A stretch of 61,978 bases of DNA, filler included. It is 9 parts of 9 records of this genome, joined end to end, with 100 filler letters (N's around TTAATTAATTAA, not from the genome) between each part and the next. Parts side by side here need not be neighbours in the genome. Positions count along the whole stretch, not along the records: positions 5,588 to 10,931 come from SRR31156797_46641; positions 11,032 to 20,917 come from SRR31156797_46679; 7 more parts are not named here. One strand, written 5' to 3'. Shown here one piece after another: positions 10,589 to 20,601 of this stretch (position 1 is the stretch's first letter; each line of letters starts with the position of its first letter). Below the pieces are notes generated by a model that was not told where the DNA came from, made no database searches, and was given only the letters and a program-made list of their open reading frames with translations. The position numbers and the translations under genes are program-made.

Positions 10589-10613
10589 TCAAAAAAGATG
10601 GTAGGAGAAGCAT

Positions 10614-10931
10614 ATGTCAGCAAACACATATGAAACTCTGAATGCAAAAGTTGGTAGACGGTCATTTATGAAAATGGCTGCTGTAGCTAGTGCATTTGGT
10701 GTTACGTCATCTTTTGCTAGTACAACTGCTACAAGACAAGCTACTGAGGAAGAGATTAAAAATCCTTTCCCTGGTTCAAAAATGGTTAAATCTATTTGTA
10801 CTGCTTGTTCTGTTGGTTGTGGTGTAATGGCAGAAGTGCAAAATGGTGTATGGGTAAGACAAGAAGTAGCTCAAGATCATCCTGTATCGCTTGGAGGGCA
10901 CTGTTGTAAAGGTGCTGATATGATTGATATG
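10614..10931 (+). CDS. fdhA: Formate dehydrogenase alpha subunit (Mo/W-bisPGD), N-terminal fragment
   Basis: Tat signal GRRSFMK; ICTACSVGCG...GGHCCKG [4Fe-4S] motif; QEVAQDHP. Confidence 0.88.
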
Positions 10932-11229
10932 NNNNNNNNNNNNNNNNNNNNNNNNNNNNNNNNNNNNNNNNNNNNTTAATTAATTAANNNNNNNNNNNNN
11001 NNNNNNNNNNNNNNNNNNNNNNNNNNNNNNNATGATCCTGTCCAACAACTTCTGAAAATGTTTGGGGCCGGTATTTTAATGCCAGAACCTGGTAAGACAT
11101 GGTGTATCCAAAGACCTTTGATGTTTCTTTCTAAAAAGTACAAGGCTTTATACCAGAGGGGGTGTTAAGGGTCAATGTTGGGGAAGACTTTTCGGAACAA
11201 TTGCCATGTAAAATCTCATTATGGTATAA

Positions 11230-11427
11230 CTCGACTATCAAGTTTTTCCCTGAGCCCTGTAAACACTGGGCTGAGAAATGGTCTTTTTCGGAGGTCAAGA
11301 ATATTTAAAAAGCATAATAGACTGATATTATTACATTTAAAAATTATGCCAAGGCTGCTTGGATTTTGTCGAAAATACATCAATATTCCGTAATATCAGT
11401 TTGTTAGAAAAAAACTTGATAGTCGAG
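11230..11427. mobile_element. MITE (198 bp), non-autonomous, possibly IS1634-related
   Basis: Perfect 18-bp terminal inverted repeats CTCGACTATCAAGTTTTT (11230-11247 and 11410-11427); 5-bp direct repeat TATAA on both flanks (11225-11229, 11428-11432); no transposase. Confidence 0.8.
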
Positions 11428-11730
11428 TATAAGGATAAAAATGCTTAGCTTGTGCGTGAAGTATCTTCAGTTTAGATTGTTAGCTCAACTTTCTGATATT
11501 GAAAATAGAATATAACAATCTGAATTTATGAAGGTATTGTTCGGAATCAACAGATTGAAATCGGTAAATATGCCGTATACAACTTCTTCAATTCACCGGC
11601 TTACAAGTGGCGGCGCTTTACCCTATAGAATTACGATGGCTTGATTGCTCATACTTTATATGAAAGAACTGAGCTAACCGATTAATTTCTTTCATGATTT
11701 GTTGAGTTTGTTTCAACGGGAACATGTTGA

Positions 11731-12969
11731 TCAGGAATCCGAGGTAAAAATTAAATCCACCTGTGTGCCATTTCCTGTTTTTTGTTTTTTTATGACCTGC
11801 CAGTTCATTTTATCACACAGACGTTCTACTATGGCCAAGCCAATACCCGGCTTTGCACAGGTGTCGAACCCAGGGCCACTATCATGAACGCTTATTCCGC
11901 CTTCGAAAATATTAATTAATACACTACCTTCTATTGTATACTGGAAGGCGTTTCTTACAAGATTTCCCAAAGCAATTTCAACAAATGCGATCGGTGCGCT
12001 CAAAGGGCTGGGATTTGATACCCGCACCTCGACTTTTACGGGTTTTGAACCCAGGATATAGATGTATTTATCAACAATGTTGTCAGTGATTCGCTTAAGG
12101 TTGCAGGTGTCATTTCTGACCGGGTCTTGCCTTTCTCTGGCCAGCATCAAAAAGGTGTTGATAAGCATCTCAATATCCGTAATGGATCTGCTTATCCTTT
12201 CCAGGGGGCTCCTCAGTGTTTGATCTGTCTTTTCAATTCTTTGGTCAAGAAGCTCAACTGCGCTTTTAATGACACTTACAGGTGTCCGAAGTTCATGGCT
12301 TGCGTGAGATGTGAATTCCCGCTCGCGGGATGTGAAATTTGAAATTTTTCTCAGCAGCTGATTTATTTTTTCTGACAGCATGCCTATTTCATCTTGAGAA
12401 GTAACAGATTGTAATTCAATGGAATTTTCATTCAGGGAGAGAGATTGAACTGTCTTGGCTAAAGTGGTAATAGGGTTGAGTATCCGGTTTGAGAGGGAAC
12501 GGGCGATTCCCCATCCTAATAAAAAAACCAGCAGGCCGATGCCGCCTGCCAGCAAGTTAATATACATTTGGAACCAGTTCGTGGCCTCAATTGATGCTAC
12601 ATGGTAGAAAATGTAAATGTTTCGGTTGGTTGCGTCAACTGGGACAATGGCTACATGGGTATCTAGGTCGTCTGTTATCTCAAAGATTCCAGGGGGTTGA
12701 TCTAAAATATATTTTTTTAACGGCTGGGGTATTTTTAAAACATCTGAGTATGCCGTAATGTGCATGGGCAGGTTTTTCGGTATTTCCCCATCCTGTTGGA
12801 ATTTTTCTATAACAATGTCTGAAATTTCTGACAATTGCCTGTTAAAGGCCCAGTCTTCTGACAATTTCAGCATTCCGGAAATCGCAATTGAATAGACAAA
12901 AAGCAGCAGGGCCAAATAACCACAGAAATAAAAAATGATACGGGATTGAAGTGTTTTCGATATTTTCAT
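11731..12969 (-). CDS. ColS-like sensor histidine kinase (HAMP, HisKA, HATPase)
   Basis: Two TM, REREFTSHASHELRTP, GNLVRNA, DSGPG, GIGLAIV. Confidence 0.9.
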   Translation of the reverse strand: MKISKTLQSRIIFYFCGYLALLLFVYSIAISGMLKLSEDWAFNRQLSEISDIVIEKFQQDGEIPKNLPMHITAYSDVLKIPQPLKKYILDQPPGIFEITDDLDTHVAIVPVDATNRNIYIFYHVASIEATNWFQMYINLLAGGIGLLVFLLGWGIARSLSNRILNPITTLAKTVQSLSLNENSIELQSVTSQDEIGMLSEKINQLLRKISNFTSREREFTSHASHELRTPVSVIKSAVELLDQRIEKTDQTLRSPLERISRSITDIEMLINTFLMLARERQDPVRNDTCNLKRITDNIVDKYIYILGSKPVKVEVRVSNPSPLSAPIAFVEIALGNLVRNAFQYTIEGSVLINIFEGGISVHDSGPGFDTCAKPGIGLAIVERLCDKMNWQVIKKQKTGNGTQVDLIFTSDS

Positions 12970-13703
12970 TGGTCGTGTCTCAAACTGAAACCGATACCGG
13001 TGATGGTTTCAATGCATGATGGCTGTCCGGGCGCATCCAGAGCCTTTCGAATGGCGTAGATATGTGTCCTCAGAGAATCACTGGCCGGTTTCCATTCCCC
13101 CCACAGATACCGCTCCAGGTCGCGTCGTGTTACAACCTCGGGGGCACAGCGGATCAGCTCTTTGAGGATACGAAAGCATGTGGGTGTCATTTTAACGGGT
13201 TTCCCTTCAACCGTTACCTTCTGGTGGCTGATATCCAGGTGGATTGCGCCAAATTCAAAGCTTTTGGATGATTCATAATGATCCGGCCGCCGGGTTAATG
13301 CCATCAGGCGTGCTTCAAGTTCTTCCAGGGCAAACGGTTTGATAAGATAATCATCTGCGCCGGCATTGAACCCTTCAAGTTTATCCTCTATTGTATCTTT
13401 GGCTGTGAGCATGAGTATCGGGTTTGATTTTTCCGTCTCCTCTCTAAATCGCCGGCATAGTGTCATCCCATCGATTCCCGGCAGCATGATATCTAACACA
13501 ATGACATCAAACGGAAGGGTCAGTGCAAGGTGTAAACCGGAAACGCCATCCATGGCATAATCGATGACATGGCCTTTATCTTCCAGGAAATCTCCGATAT
13601 TTGCAGCCAGGTCTGCATTATCTTCGATGATTAATACCCGCAGTTTCCTGAAATGGTGGGCAGTGGGACCATTCATTTTTTTCACCGAATCGTTGGGCTT
13701 CAT
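12966..13703 (-). CDS. ColR-like OmpR-family response regulator
   Basis: IIEDN...DGVSGLHLA...LDIMLPGIDG...GADDYLIKPF; LWGE.PASDSLRTH winged helix resembles ColR; start uncertain (13703 has an SD-like AAGGAC). Confidence 0.9.
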   Translation of the reverse strand: MKPNDSVKKMNGPTAHHFRKLRVLIIEDNADLAANIGDFLEDKGHVIDYAMDGVSGLHLALTLPFDVIVLDIMLPGIDGMTLCRRFREETEKSNPILMLTAKDTIEDKLEGFNAGADDYLIKPFALEELEARLMALTRRPDHYESSKSFEFGAIHLDISHQKVTVEGKPVKMTPTCFRILKELIRCAPEVVTRRDLERYLWGEWKPASDSLRTHIYAIRKALDAPGQPSCIETITGIGFSLRHDQ

Positions 13704-13808
13704 AATAATGGTGTCCTTAAAAAAGTGGTTCATCAACAATGAGAATGACATTTGACTTTGATTCAGCTTAATTCATATCGCCGTTATGGTGTCAAGCATA
13801 AAATTAAG

Positions 13809-16800
13809 TTAATGAACCGCCTTTTTATTAAAAAATCTGTATTGTTTGTCCCTGGCTGTTTTCTTTTCAAACAGCCAGAGAAAACCCGGCATCATGACCA
13901 GGGTGATAACGGTTCCGAATACAAGGCCGAAACTAATGGATATCGCCGCCGGGATCAGGAATTGTGCTTGTTCCGAAGTCTCCGTCAACAGCGGTACCAG
14001 ACCGAAAAAGGTGGTCAGAGTAGTGAGCAGAATCGGGCGGAAACGATGACAGGCAGCGTCCACAATGGCCTTAAACGGAGGCTGTCCGGATGCCTGGTGC
14101 CGGTTATATGTTGTCACCAGCACCAGTGAATCATTTACCACCACACCGGCCATGGCAATGATGCCGATGACGGACACAATGGACAGATCGCAACCAAGGA
14201 TAATATGACCCCATATCGCACCAATAAGGCTGAATGGGATTGTTGATAAAACCATGATGGGCTGGGTAAAGGAATTAAAATAAAAGGTCAGCACAAGAAA
14301 GATGGTACCCAGGATAATTAAAAACCCATTGCCCAGGGATCCTAAGGCTTCATCATTTTCCTCATCCTCTCCACCAAAGTGTATTGAAACACCTGGAAAA
14401 TCCGACAATACCTGTGGTACAATGACTTCCTCCAGCGCATCTTCCACAAGATCATCATCAATGCCGAACCCGATGTCTGCAGTCACCGGATAAATCCGTT
14501 TCCCGTCCCGCCGGGCAAGGCTTGTATAAGAGCGGTCCTGGGTGATGTCAGCAACTTCTTTAAGGTTTACCAGTTTTCCTGAAGGGGATCTGAGTTGAAT
14601 ATCCTGCAGCGAGCTTATACTGTTTCGTTCCGCCTGGGTTAAACGAACCATGGTTTTTATTTCACTGCCGTCCCTCACAAATCTGAGCGCCTCGGCACCA
14701 TGGTATCGATGACGAATCTGCAGGGCCACCATTTCTGCGGAAAACCCCATTTGCCGGCCGGACGCTTTAAGCCGTATTGTCAATTCCGGTTTGCCGGCCC
14801 TGACACCGTCATCTATTGATGTCAGTCCTGAAATGCTTCTCAGTCTCCGGCCCAGGGAAAGGGCTGCGCTGCGGGACACTTCCGGATCCGGGTGAAAGAC
14901 GTCCAGCATGATCGGTTCACCACCGGTAACATTTGTTTCGCCTGTAAAATTCAAGGATTCCAATTCACCGGGGTCACCAAACGCCTGTTGCCAGGCCGCG
15001 GCAAACTGCCGTCCGCTCAATATCCGCTCCTCTTCCGGCGGAAGTGCCATCAAAACAGAAATATAGTGAAATCCGGCAAGGGATTCAACTTCCACCTCAC
15101 CCTCTTCAAGTCTTGTGCCGATAAGCGAAAACACCCCGGGGGACTTCATCTTGTTCTCTTCTATAACAGTGTTTGCTGCCTCAACCAGTTGTTTCTGAAT
15201 TTTGATGGATTGTTTTTTAGGTGTCCCATATGGCAATGCTGCCTGGGCAATGACCGTATCTGATTCGATTGTCGGTGTGAAATCAAAATCAAGATATTCT
15301 GTAGCAACGGCACCTATGGTGAGCAGCAGCAGAACAAATGCCATGGCAAACAAGGTGCCTGTATTCCTCAGGCTGGTCTGGATAAAGGGCCGGAATCTGT
15401 TTTCGATAAAATGTTCCAGCCAGGCATTCACCATCTGTTGCGGCCGTGCCAGGGTTTTCAGCCACGACCATTCCGGGTGTCCCACGGAAAGATGTGCGCT
15501 GAGTATGAATACGGATTCAAACAGGGAAACCAGAAGAACCGCAATCACAACGGCTGGGATTTGATAGAAAAGAACACCCATTTCACCGGGAACAAAGAAC
15601 ATGGGCATAAATGCAATAATCGTGGTTGAAGTGGCAAGCAGAACAGCCCCTCCCATTTCCTCGAGTCCCCGGGCAGCCGCTTTCAGGGGAGGCAATCCGT
15701 TTTGAAGCTGAACATGGATGGCTTCTCCGATCATGATGGCATCATCCACCACGACCCCAATGGTTACGATAAATGCAAAAAGCGACAGCATATTAAGGGA
15801 ACCGCCAAGGACAGGCAGCAGGACAAGCCCTCCGAGCAGGGATGTGGGAATACCGACCATCACCCAGAAAGCAAGGCTGGGGGTTAAAAAAAGCCCCAAG
15901 GTTATGAGAACCAGGGCCAGACCGATCAGTGCATTGTCTATGAGCAATGCCATCCGGCTGCGATAGGCAGAGGCCTGATTCTCAAAGATGACGACCTGGA
16001 TCCCATTGAATTTTTTCGGTACAATGGTTTCAATATATTCCTGGACTGCGGCTTCAACTGATATCGGGGATTCATCTCCCACTGCATAAACATCAATCTG
16101 AACGGCTGGCAACCCGTTAAACCAGGACTCAATTTCAGACACGCCAAATCCGTCTTTCAGTGTGGCGATATCAGATAAATGAATCGGTATGCCTTCGGTT
16201 GTGCGGCCAATCACAACATCTTCAAATTGTGATGCCCACTCCCGGCGCTCCGACGTGCGTAGTGTGATATCCACTTCATTGGTGAAAAGGGTGCCGCCGG
16301 GCAGGTTGGGAGAACTCTGTTTGATTTTTTCTGCCACATCGGAAAGTGTCAGCCCGTATTGCCGCAACGCGTGCTCTGATATTTCAATGGAAATTTCCTG
16401 TTCCCGGGGGAAAGCCAGTTCCACATTTTTCAGGCCCTTTAAGGTACGCAGGTCGTCACGAACGGTTTCTGCATTTTTTTGCAGCCACATAACAGGCTGA
16501 TCGCCAAAGACAATAATGGAAAGCGCTTTTTCAACATGAGATGGAATACTGATCACGGGCTTTTCGGCATCTTCAGGCAGGGTCTCGATGCGGTCGACAG
16601 CGTTTTTGATATCTCCCAGCATCTTTTGCGTGTTAACATGTTCCAGCAACGTGAGTGTTATGGTTGCCGCCCCCTCGCGTGCCCTGGAATCCACCCGTTT
16701 GATTCCGTCCATTCCGCGCACGGCGTTCTCGATGATCATCAAGATGGAAGTGTTCATCTCCTCCGGGGAGGCACCGGGCAAATCTACGCTGAGTTCTACC

Positions 16801-16934
16801 ATTCGTGCTTCCTGTGCCGGCATCAATTCCTGACGGATGGTCATGGCGCTTAACACTCCTCCAATCATGATCACTGCCATGATGGTGTTTGCAAAAGCCG
16901 TCCGTTTTAAAATAAAATTTAAAAAAGACTTCAT
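13809..16934 (-). CDS. RND efflux permease (AcrB/AcrD/AcrF family)
   Basis: 1041 aa; PGASPEE, GVVVDDAI, GVVVNDSLVL, RFRPILLTTLTT. Confidence 0.95.
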   Translation of the reverse strand: MKSFLNFILKRTAFANTIMAVIMIGGVLSAMTIRQELMPAQEARMVELSVDLPGASPEEMNTSILMIIENAVRGMDGIKRVDSRAREGAATITLTLLEHVNTQKMLGDIKNAVDRIETLPEDAEKPVISIPSHVEKALSIIVFGDQPVMWLQKNAETVRDDLRTLKGLKNVELAFPREQEISIEISEHALRQYGLTLSDVAEKIKQSSPNLPGGTLFTNEVDITLRTSERREWASQFEDVVIGRTTEGIPIHLSDIATLKDGFGVSEIESWFNGLPAVQIDVYAVGDESPISVEAAVQEYIETIVPKKFNGIQVVIFENQASAYRSRMALLIDNALIGLALVLITLGLFLTPSLAFWVMVGIPTSLLGGLVLLPVLGGSLNMLSLFAFIVTIGVVVDDAIMIGEAIHVQLQNGLPPLKAAARGLEEMGGAVLLATSTTIIAFMPMFFVPGEMGVLFYQIPAVVIAVLLVSLFESVFILSAHLSVGHPEWSWLKTLARPQQMVNAWLEHFIENRFRPFIQTSLRNTGTLFAMAFVLLLLTIGAVATEYLDFDFTPTIESDTVIAQAALPYGTPKKQSIKIQKQLVEAANTVIEENKMKSPGVFSLIGTRLEEGEVEVESLAGFHYISVLMALPPEEERILSGRQFAAAWQQAFGDPGELESLNFTGETNVTGGEPIMLDVFHPDPEVSRSAALSLGRRLRSISGLTSIDDGVRAGKPELTIRLKASGRQMGFSAEMVALQIRHRYHGAEALRFVRDGSEIKTMVRLTQAERNSISSLQDIQLRSPSGKLVNLKEVADITQDRSYTSLARRDGKRIYPVTADIGFGIDDDLVEDALEEVIVPQVLSDFPGVSIHFGGEDEENDEALGSLGNGFLIILGTIFLVLTFYFNSFTQPIMVLSTIPFSLIGAIWGHIILGCDLSIVSVIGIIAMAGVVVNDSLVLVTTYNRHQASGQPPFKAIVDAACHRFRPILLTTLTTFFGLVPLLTETSEQAQFLIPAAISISFGLVFGTVITLVMMPGFLWLFEKKTARDKQYRFFNKKAVH

Positions 16935-18079
16935 TTTTTTGACGTTCCTGGTTTTGTCGAATGTTGATGTTTCGCTACGTTATGAGACAGATCAGACAGA
17001 ATCATTCCTTTCAATGGGCTTGCGATATGGGTAATAATAATTTTTTCATGCCCTGTGACACCCTTACCGATCACCACGTTTTCCATGTCCCTGGCAAGAA
17101 TCGTAACCGTTCTGACATCCAGTTTGTTGTCTTTATCCAGCACCCAAACTGTTTTCCCCTGGCGAAGTGCTTTTCCAGGGAGCAGCACAGCCTGTTCAAA
17201 AAAGGGACCGGGCAGCAATAGTCTTGCATATTCTCCTATGGTGACCTGCCTGCCCTTAAACTGCACAAGCACTTGCCTATGGCGGGTCTGTGGATGTATA
17301 TGAGAATAGACCGACTTGATAACCCCCTCATACCTGTCCGAACGGGTGGTGATCTTGACACGGTTTGATTCAGGGAGAATTGAATATCCGGCAGAAAACA
17401 GGGCGTTTATCTGATAATTTTCAGTGCAGGCGATGGTTAATCCAATATCACCGTTATCCAATATACGGCCACTGGCAATGTCTTCGGAAAGGATAATGCC
17501 GTTACAGGGCGAATGGATTCGCGTGCGGTCAAGATCAAGCCTGGCTTGATCTTCTTTTGCTGCAGCGATCTGCACTGCCGCTTCCCTTTCTTTGAGTTGA
17601 GGTTTGCGCAGGGCCAAAGGATTGTTTTTACCACCCTGCCGTCTGGATTCTTCCAACAAGCTCCATTCAGCCCTTGCAATTGTCTGCCTGCCTTTTTCGA
17701 TCTCAAGCGCCTGTAATTCCATGTTCTTGGCAGCAGTTGCACGGACCAATGAATTTTTATAATTTTGATCGTCAATCGTGAACAGCAGGTCTCCTTTTTT
17801 TACATGGGCCCCATTGAAAATATAATCCGGTACCATTTTTATTTTTCCTGGTACTTCTGCACGGATATTTATGATTTCTTCCGGTTCGATAAATCCCCAG
17901 GCCGGTATCTGGATCTGATAATCCTGTTTTCCGGCATATATTGTTTCAACGGACATGGGGGGTATGGAAGCGACCTTCATCTGTTCCTCTTCTTCAAAGG
18001 CAATCATCAGGGTGGTGAGTATGCCTCCGATTAATAAAACCAGAGCAGGGAGCCACTTGCGTATGTTGAGAGTTTTCAT
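16931..18079 (-). CDS. RND periplasmic adaptor (MFP)
   Basis: N-terminal TM, lipoyl/hairpin pattern (AEVPGKI...GDLLFTID...LDRTRIHSP); start ATG 18079 inferred. Confidence 0.9.
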   Translation of the reverse strand: MKTLNIRKWLPALVLLIGGILTTLMIAFEEEEQMKVASIPPMSVETIYAGKQDYQIQIPAWGFIEPEEIINIRAEVPGKIKMVPDYIFNGAHVKKGDLLFTIDDQNYKNSLVRATAAKNMELQALEIEKGRQTIARAEWSLLEESRRQGGKNNPLALRKPQLKEREAAVQIAAAKEDQARLDLDRTRIHSPCNGIILSEDIASGRILDNGDIGLTIACTENYQINALFSAGYSILPESNRVKITTRSDRYEGVIKSVYSHIHPQTRHRQVLVQFKGRQVTIGEYARLLLPGPFFEQAVLLPGKALRQGKTVWVLDKDNKLDVRTVTILARDMENVVIGKGVTGHEKIIITHIASPLKGMILSDLSHNVAKHQHSTKPGTSKK

Positions 18080-19481
18080 GTGCTTCACTCCATTGGGCAC
18101 TGAGGGCTTTTAACAGATGGCCTCGGTTAATAAGCAGGTCCTGTTTCAACTTAATGTCACTTTGCTGCAGGTTTTGCAGCTTTACCAACGCCAGAAGTAC
18201 GGATAAAAAAGATTGTCGACCGTTAAGGTATTGAAACTTGGCTCTGTCAACGGTCTCCATCGCAATAGAGATCTCTTCATCAAGCAGGCGTTGTTCATCG
18301 AACAGGGCGTTTTCTTTCACAAGTGCATCTTCCACTTCCTGGACCGCATTGAGTACGGATTGTTCCAGGATTGCCAGATTTTCAAGGGCCTGGGCCTTCT
18401 TAACAGAGACATTTGCCTTCAGGCGGCCGGCATCAAAAACAGGCATAAGTAATCCTGAGATAAAACTTAGTTCTTTGGCGCTTCCGATCTCCGAAATTGT
18501 CGGTCCGCTCAGGGCATAATTCAAGGAGATTGATATACGAGGCAGTCGATCTGCAATGGCCCTTGCTACCTCCTGATCAGCAGCCTGCAGCGCCAAAAAA
18601 ACAGCTCTTAAATCCGGGCGGTCACCCAACAACTCCCGTGGACTTGTGATGGCTGGTATCTTGTTTACAACAGGCCATTCACCACGCGGCTGATGACCGT
18701 AATTGGGCAGGGTGCCCAATAAAACAGCGTATGCATTTGCATATTGCTTTTTTTTTGAAATCACATCTGGAAGTGCCCGGTTAATATAAACAATATGTCC
18801 CTGCTGCTGGAGAACATCCAAGGCGTTTCCATCCCCCTGGGCTGCGCGCAATTCGATTAATTCCAAGATTTTATTATTGGTTTTTTTCTGGGCGTTTAAA
18901 ACCTCTCCCATCTGGACTGCCCCATGGTATTTAATCCAGGTCTGGACTAGAAGAAACTGTAAATCCAGTGCGACCTGATCAATCATTGCCTTTTTTTCTT
19001 CTATGGAAAGAGACGCAACTGCTTTCCCTGTCCTCAGCCGACCCCAGATATCCGGCTCCCAATGCAGTACAGTTCCGATATCAATGGTATTCCGGGTGGT
19101 TGAAAAACGATCCGCTGTTTCTTTAATTTTGGACCGCTGATAACCTGCACTTGCATTCAACGACGGCAAGGCCAGTGAACCTGCGATGTCGTACTCTGCA
19201 ATGGCCCTTTTCATTCGGGCCCTGGCGGCGTCAATTTGATAATTATTTTTAATGAGCATCTGAACATCTGCTTTAAGCGAATTTGAAGGAAAACTGTTTT
19301 GCCAGTATATCCTGTTGCCTGGGTTTTGCATGTCGAGATTGATAAACGTCTCGGGCAACCTTGATTCAACAGTGTCGCGTTTTTGGACGTGAATGGTTCG
19401 ACACGAATACATTGTAATAAGGCTACCGGAAAGCAGGATAATTATCAGCGATATGTGTTGCAAAAACTTAAACAATAGCAC
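17994..19481 (-). CDS. Outer membrane efflux factor (OprM/NodT-like lipoprotein)
   Basis: Lipobox-like YSC, WEPDIWGRLR, ELLGDRPDL, PVFDAGRL, AVQEVEDAL. Confidence 0.9.
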   Translation of the reverse strand: MLLFKFLQHISLIIILLSGSLITMYSCRTIHVQKRDTVESRLPETFINLDMQNPGNRIYWQNSFPSNSLKADVQMLIKNNYQIDAARARMKRAIAEYDIAGSLALPSLNASAGYQRSKIKETADRFSTTRNTIDIGTVLHWEPDIWGRLRTGKAVASLSIEEKKAMIDQVALDLQFLLVQTWIKYHGAVQMGEVLNAQKKTNNKILELIELRAAQGDGNALDVLQQQGHIVYINRALPDVISKKKQYANAYAVLLGTLPNYGHQPRGEWPVVNKIPAITSPRELLGDRPDLRAVFLALQAADQEVARAIADRLPRISISLNYALSGPTISEIGSAKELSFISGLLMPVFDAGRLKANVSVKKAQALENLAILEQSVLNAVQEVEDALVKENALFDEQRLLDEEISIAMETVDRAKFQYLNGRQSFLSVLLALVKLQNLQQSDIKLKQDLLINRGHLLKALSAQWSEAHENSQHTQVAPCSGFINRRHTHHPDDCL

Positions 19482-19529
19482 TCTGCCTTTATCGTTAATT
19501 AAATTGGGTTGATGCTCCGTATACTCTGC

Positions 19530-20516
19530 TTAAAAAGCATACATAATGCCAAAACCAACCTGAGTTGAGTAGTCCTCATCCACAATGGGGCTGTCCTTGA
19601 TACCGCTTCCAAATGTTGAAACTCCGATAAAACCGACGGCAGTAAAGTTTCCAAAAATGGGACGTTCGACCATAAGTTCTGCACTGATTTCATAGCTTGA
19701 TCCGGGAGAGTAGGCCTTACGATCAGCCGTGGCTTCCTTTGAAGATACACCATAAAAATAATCGACTGCGCGTCCACTCATCCAGGTCAGGCTCACGTTT
19801 GGCCGGAATTCAAAACCGGCCGCATTCCATTGGTATTCCAGAGCCAGTTCTATTTCCTGCCCATCATGTTCTCCACTGACATCCTGTAAAATTTCCAGGC
19901 TGATCTCCCATTCGGCAAACTGTTTTTCAAATCCCAGACCCGCATAAAACAATGTGTCCAGTTCATCCATACCTTTTAAAAAGGAACTGTCATCAGGGTC
20001 ATATCCCTCACCAGGCAGAATTGAACCCCTTAAGGCAGCGCTGAACAGGTCTGCATCAAAAAATTCATATGTGACATCAATAGCGTCAGTTGTCATTATT
20101 TCAAACGGCCCGTTTTCATATCTTAAAAACAATGCCGGCTGAATTTCATCATCAGTCCCTTTATAAATATCTTTCTCCGCAAAAACAGCCAAACCGATTG
20201 ATAATTCTCCTCCTATCCAGGGTAGTCCGTCATCTTCTCTTTGTACCTTCAGGATCATCCCATCATTGGAGATATATACTTCATAAGGGTTGGCGTCTTC
20301 ATCAACCAGTTCAACTTCAATCACGGCCTGTCCCTGATAAGATTCTTTACTTATGTCTGTTATTTTTGCATTGGGAAATGCCTGATCAATCGCCTTACTG
20401 ACGACCGCAGGCAGTTCTTGGGCCCCGGCGCTCCATGCCACACCCAAAATCAGATATAAACTCAAGAATAATGCTGTGCCTAAATGATTTGATCCATATT
20501 TTTTCATTTTGATCAT
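19530..20516 (-). CDS. MipA/OmpV-family outer membrane protein with N-terminal PepSY-like domain
   Basis: Signal peptide; LPAVVSKAI...FPNAKI...YEV.I..DG.IL PepSY-like segment; MipA motifs DYFYGVS.KEA, IKDSPIV; C-terminal YAF. Confidence 0.82.
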   Translation of the reverse strand: MIKMKKYGSNHLGTALFLSLYLILGVAWSAGAQELPAVVSKAIDQAFPNAKITDISKESYQGQAVIEVELVDEDANPYEVYISNDGMILKVQREDDGLPWIGGELSIGLAVFAEKDIYKGTDDEIQPALFLRYENGPFEIMTTDAIDVTYEFFDADLFSAALRGSILPGEGYDPDDSSFLKGMDELDTLFYAGLGFEKQFAEWEISLEILQDVSGEHDGQEIELALEYQWNAAGFEFRPNVSLTWMSGRAVDYFYGVSSKEATADRKAYSPGSSYEISAELMVERPIFGNFTAVGFIGVSTFGSGIKDSPIVDEDYSTQVGFGIMYAF

Positions 20517-20601
20517 TTCCTTTTTTTAAACGTAAATTATTTGAACCAGAGAAAACCCTCATCACACAATGTCGGGTGGTGGTTATAGTGTCAGAACCGT
20601 T

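Noticed and set aside
10614-10931. Selenocysteine/SECIS in fdhA
   Set aside because: The contig ends before the active-site residue, so this cannot be assessed.
11032-11170. Fragments faintly like a REP-associated transposase (RYFNAR, NLVRHG)
   Set aside because: Short, in different frames and interrupted by stops; not supportable.
17994-18079. 86-nt overlap between the OMF tail and the MFP start as a regulatory feature
   Set aside because: Most simply a lost stop extending a non-conserved tail.
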